Part shown: piece by piece, positions 61,481 to 64,000 of the stretch | Numbering within the stretch: position 1 is the first letter of the stretch | Layout: every line of letters begins with the position of its first letter | DNA from: Camelus ferus | Taxonomy: Eukaryota | NCBI RefSeq assembly: GCF_009834535.1 | Contig: NC_045696.1 | Span: forward strand, 13,022,001 to 13,086,000 | Reading direction: 5' to 3' | Length of the DNA: 64,000 nt | Made by a program: the position numbers and the translations under genes | Notes under the pieces: model-generated | The model's input: the letters and a program-made list of their open reading frames with translations, nothing else | Databases searched by the model: none | What the model was told of the DNA's origin: nothing

Positions 61481-63179
61481 CTGACCAGTCTAAGTAGGTA
61501 GCGTTTCTATTCCATCCGTGAGTGAAATGATCTGACTATCTCTCAAATGACAATTGGTTATTTTTAATTTTTTCTCAGAAAGCAGTTTCCTCCCTCATTA
61601 CTAATACAAATCTCAGTGATCTCTTCTTGGAATAGCCAATTTAAATATGAAATACTGACCTGATATGAAAACAGTTTCATGACAGTAGACTTGGGTTCAA
61701 ATTTGAATTTTGACATGTTACTTTTAAAATCAGCTCTCTCCTCCTCTCTGTTTCTTAATTAGCAGTTAGATGATAAATCAAAAAGAATGAAATAAAGGGG
61801 AGATATAGTACAGTTGCTGAATAATAAGATAATCTCATGGATTTCTTGCATTTAGGGGCAGAGGAAACATGAAGGAGAGGGGCAAACATCCTTAAATGCC
61901 TGCCCTGTATTAGGCACTATGCTCGACACTTCAGTAGCTGTTCTGACTTTAGAGCACTGCTAGGACAGAACCAGGGGCTACTAACTCATAATATTTTAGA
62001 GCTGGAAAGAATCTCAAAAATCACTAAGTTCATTATGTAATGAACTTGCCCATTATGTGATTCCTCTAGTAATACATTATCTAATGATTACCCAGCCTCC
62101 CCTTAAATTCTCTTCCTCCCACTGCAGCTCATTCCATGGTTAATAATTCTAATTGTCAGAAAGCTTTAGCTTAATGGCATATAAATCTGTCTCCATGTAA
62201 CTTCTACTCACTATTTCTGTCTCTATCCTCTGCAGCCAAACAGATGAGATGTAGCTGTTCCCCCCACAAGAATCTTCCAAGTATTGGAAGTTGGCTATCA
62301 AGTGGCCCTTAGGGCTCCTCCAGGCCAAATGTTATCAAGATGACTTTGGATTTAAGGTTAGTGTGACTTGAGGCTGACTAGGCACAACCAAGATTCCTGC
62401 AGACTTCCTCTCTTCATTTCTCCCTATGGCTCTGGGCCACGTGTATATATTTGAGGTCATTTCTCAGTCCCTTCTCTCTGCACAAAGACTTCTTTAGGCA
62501 TAAAGATGCCCTTATTATTATTGTCCACAGAGTAGCTACTATTTAAATGGCATAATACTTGTGCCAAAGGCATATTAACTTTAACCCACAAAATATCCTT
62601 GGATGGTTGTATTAATTTGAACCATATTAAATTGTGATTTTTTATAGGTAAAAGTGGTTGAGTATCAGTAACTTCAAATGGTTCAATTATTATTAATCTG
62701 TTTTTATAGTTGAGAAAAATAGAGACTTGGACACGTTGTATATACCATGGCTTGTTCAAGGCCACAAAGCCAAGAGCAGGGTGAGGCCTACCCCTACATC
62801 TGTCTGGTTCTAAAAGTGGCTCATTTGCTGCATACTCTGCTTCCTTATGCATCACCTTGCTGTTGCAGACATGAGGACCAAGGTAAAGATAAAGAGGCCT
62901 CAGTCTTTTGTAATGCAACATGGCAGAGTGGAAAGGAAATGGGAATTTGAGATAGTTGTATATTGCTAAACAGGTCATTATTTCACCGCTTACTATTTAT
63001 GTGACCTTCAGAAAGTCACTGAACCTCCCTGAAACCCAATTTAACATATCTCTAAAATTGGATTTAACTTGTAGTACTTGTTTGAGGATTCAGTGGATTG
63101 ACATTCTGTCCGTCTCTTACCCAGTGCCTTCCTGTTTCCTGGCATATCTTAGTCCTTTCACTCTCTTATTCTCCTACAT

Positions 63180-63372
63180 CAAGGGACAGCCAACTCTTCC
63201 CTAAAAGGACAATAGGAAATATTTCAGGCTTTGTAAGCCAAGAGGAAATATCCTCAGGTCTTCAAGCACCTGTTCCGACTGAAGGGCTACATTTACTTTG
63301 AAGAATGTGAAACTCATTCTTAGCTCACAGGCCATCAAAACAGGTCAGAAGGCTGGAGTTTGCCAGCCCCTA
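63180..63372. mobile_element. MER58-like hAT-Charlie element
   Basis: aaatatttcaggctttg...aatgtgaaactcattcttagctcacaggccat...agtttgccagcccct. Confidence 0.7.
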
Positions 63373-63399
63373 TGCTAGATGACTCTTATGTAGTTTCTT

Positions 63400-64000
63400 C
63401 TCTCTTCTCAAGTCTCCAACAGCTTTTTGCTTCTACTCACTCTCAATGAAAATGTTGCTTCTTCTTTCACTGAGAAAACAGAAGCCATCAGAAAAGTCTT
63501 GGCAGCAGCTCCCCTTGCCTCACTTCCCTTCGTTGTGCCTACATTCTCCTCCTTGTCTCTGCAGCTAAGGAGCTCTCTGGGCTCCTGACACAAGCCAGCC
63601 CCTCTGCTTCTGCACTCGATTCCATTGCCTCCTACTTTCTCAGGAGCGTTGCTCTTACAATTCTCCCCTAGCTCCTTTAAAGCACGAACATTTCTTCCTT
63701 TATTGGATCATTCCCATCAGTGAGAAAACATGCTGTTGATTTCTCCCATCTCAGAAAACTCCCCCTTGACTCTGCTTCCTCCTCCACTTACCACTCACTC
63801 CCCATTTCTTGCAGCAAAACTCTGAATGAATTAACTCTATAGGCTAACTCGAATTTCTCTTTTCTTATTCTTTCTTCACCATCACCCCATCAAGGTCAGG
63901 TTGCTTATGCTAGTGAGTAATTCTCAGTCCTCATCTATTTGGATTTATCAGCAACGTTTGTTCAGGATTTTTCCCTTTCTCCCTCCTTTGCTTGCCTTCT
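63400..64000 (+). mobile_element. L2 fragment
   Basis: tttcactgagaaaacagaagccatcagaa...ggatcattcccatcag...attctcagtcctcatctatttggatttatcagcaacgtttg. Confidence 0.75.

Noticed and set aside
62457..62978. 173-aa minus-strand ORF
   Set aside because: Overlaps MIR remnants; no recognisable product.

Overview
Mammalian genomic DNA, most likely a camelid, inferred from two tRNA-derived vic-1-like SINEs and the L1 3' ends. It contains the four coding exons and the ~3.2 kb 3'UTR of BACH1 (BTB and CNC homology 1, a heme-regulated repressor) on the + strand. The spliced CDS is 3698-3949 + 7218-8564 + 10064-10270 + 19791-20201 = 738 aa; the promoter and non-coding first exon are outside the window. The remaining ~40 kb is repeat-rich intergenic DNA (L1, L2, MIR, MaLR/ERVL LTRs, MER DNA transposons). 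It includes a decayed, intronless HMGA1a retrocopy (minus strand, ~57457-58354) between two same-orientation L1 pieces. The most notable observations are: (1) an extreme GC/CpG shift confined to the first coding exon of BACH1 (81/84 codons end in G/C), with many BTB substitutions and a (GGCCAG)4-encoded GQ insertion; (2) BTB changes including an apparent Cys-to-Tyr at the human C107-equivalent position; (3) the L1-HMGA1-L1 composite; (4) an isolated perfect 17-bp inverted repeat at 49911-49958; (5) a candidate intronic ARE/MARE. I found no convincing wholly new multi-gene system. All comparisons to human sequences and all repeat-family names are from memory, not from alignments.
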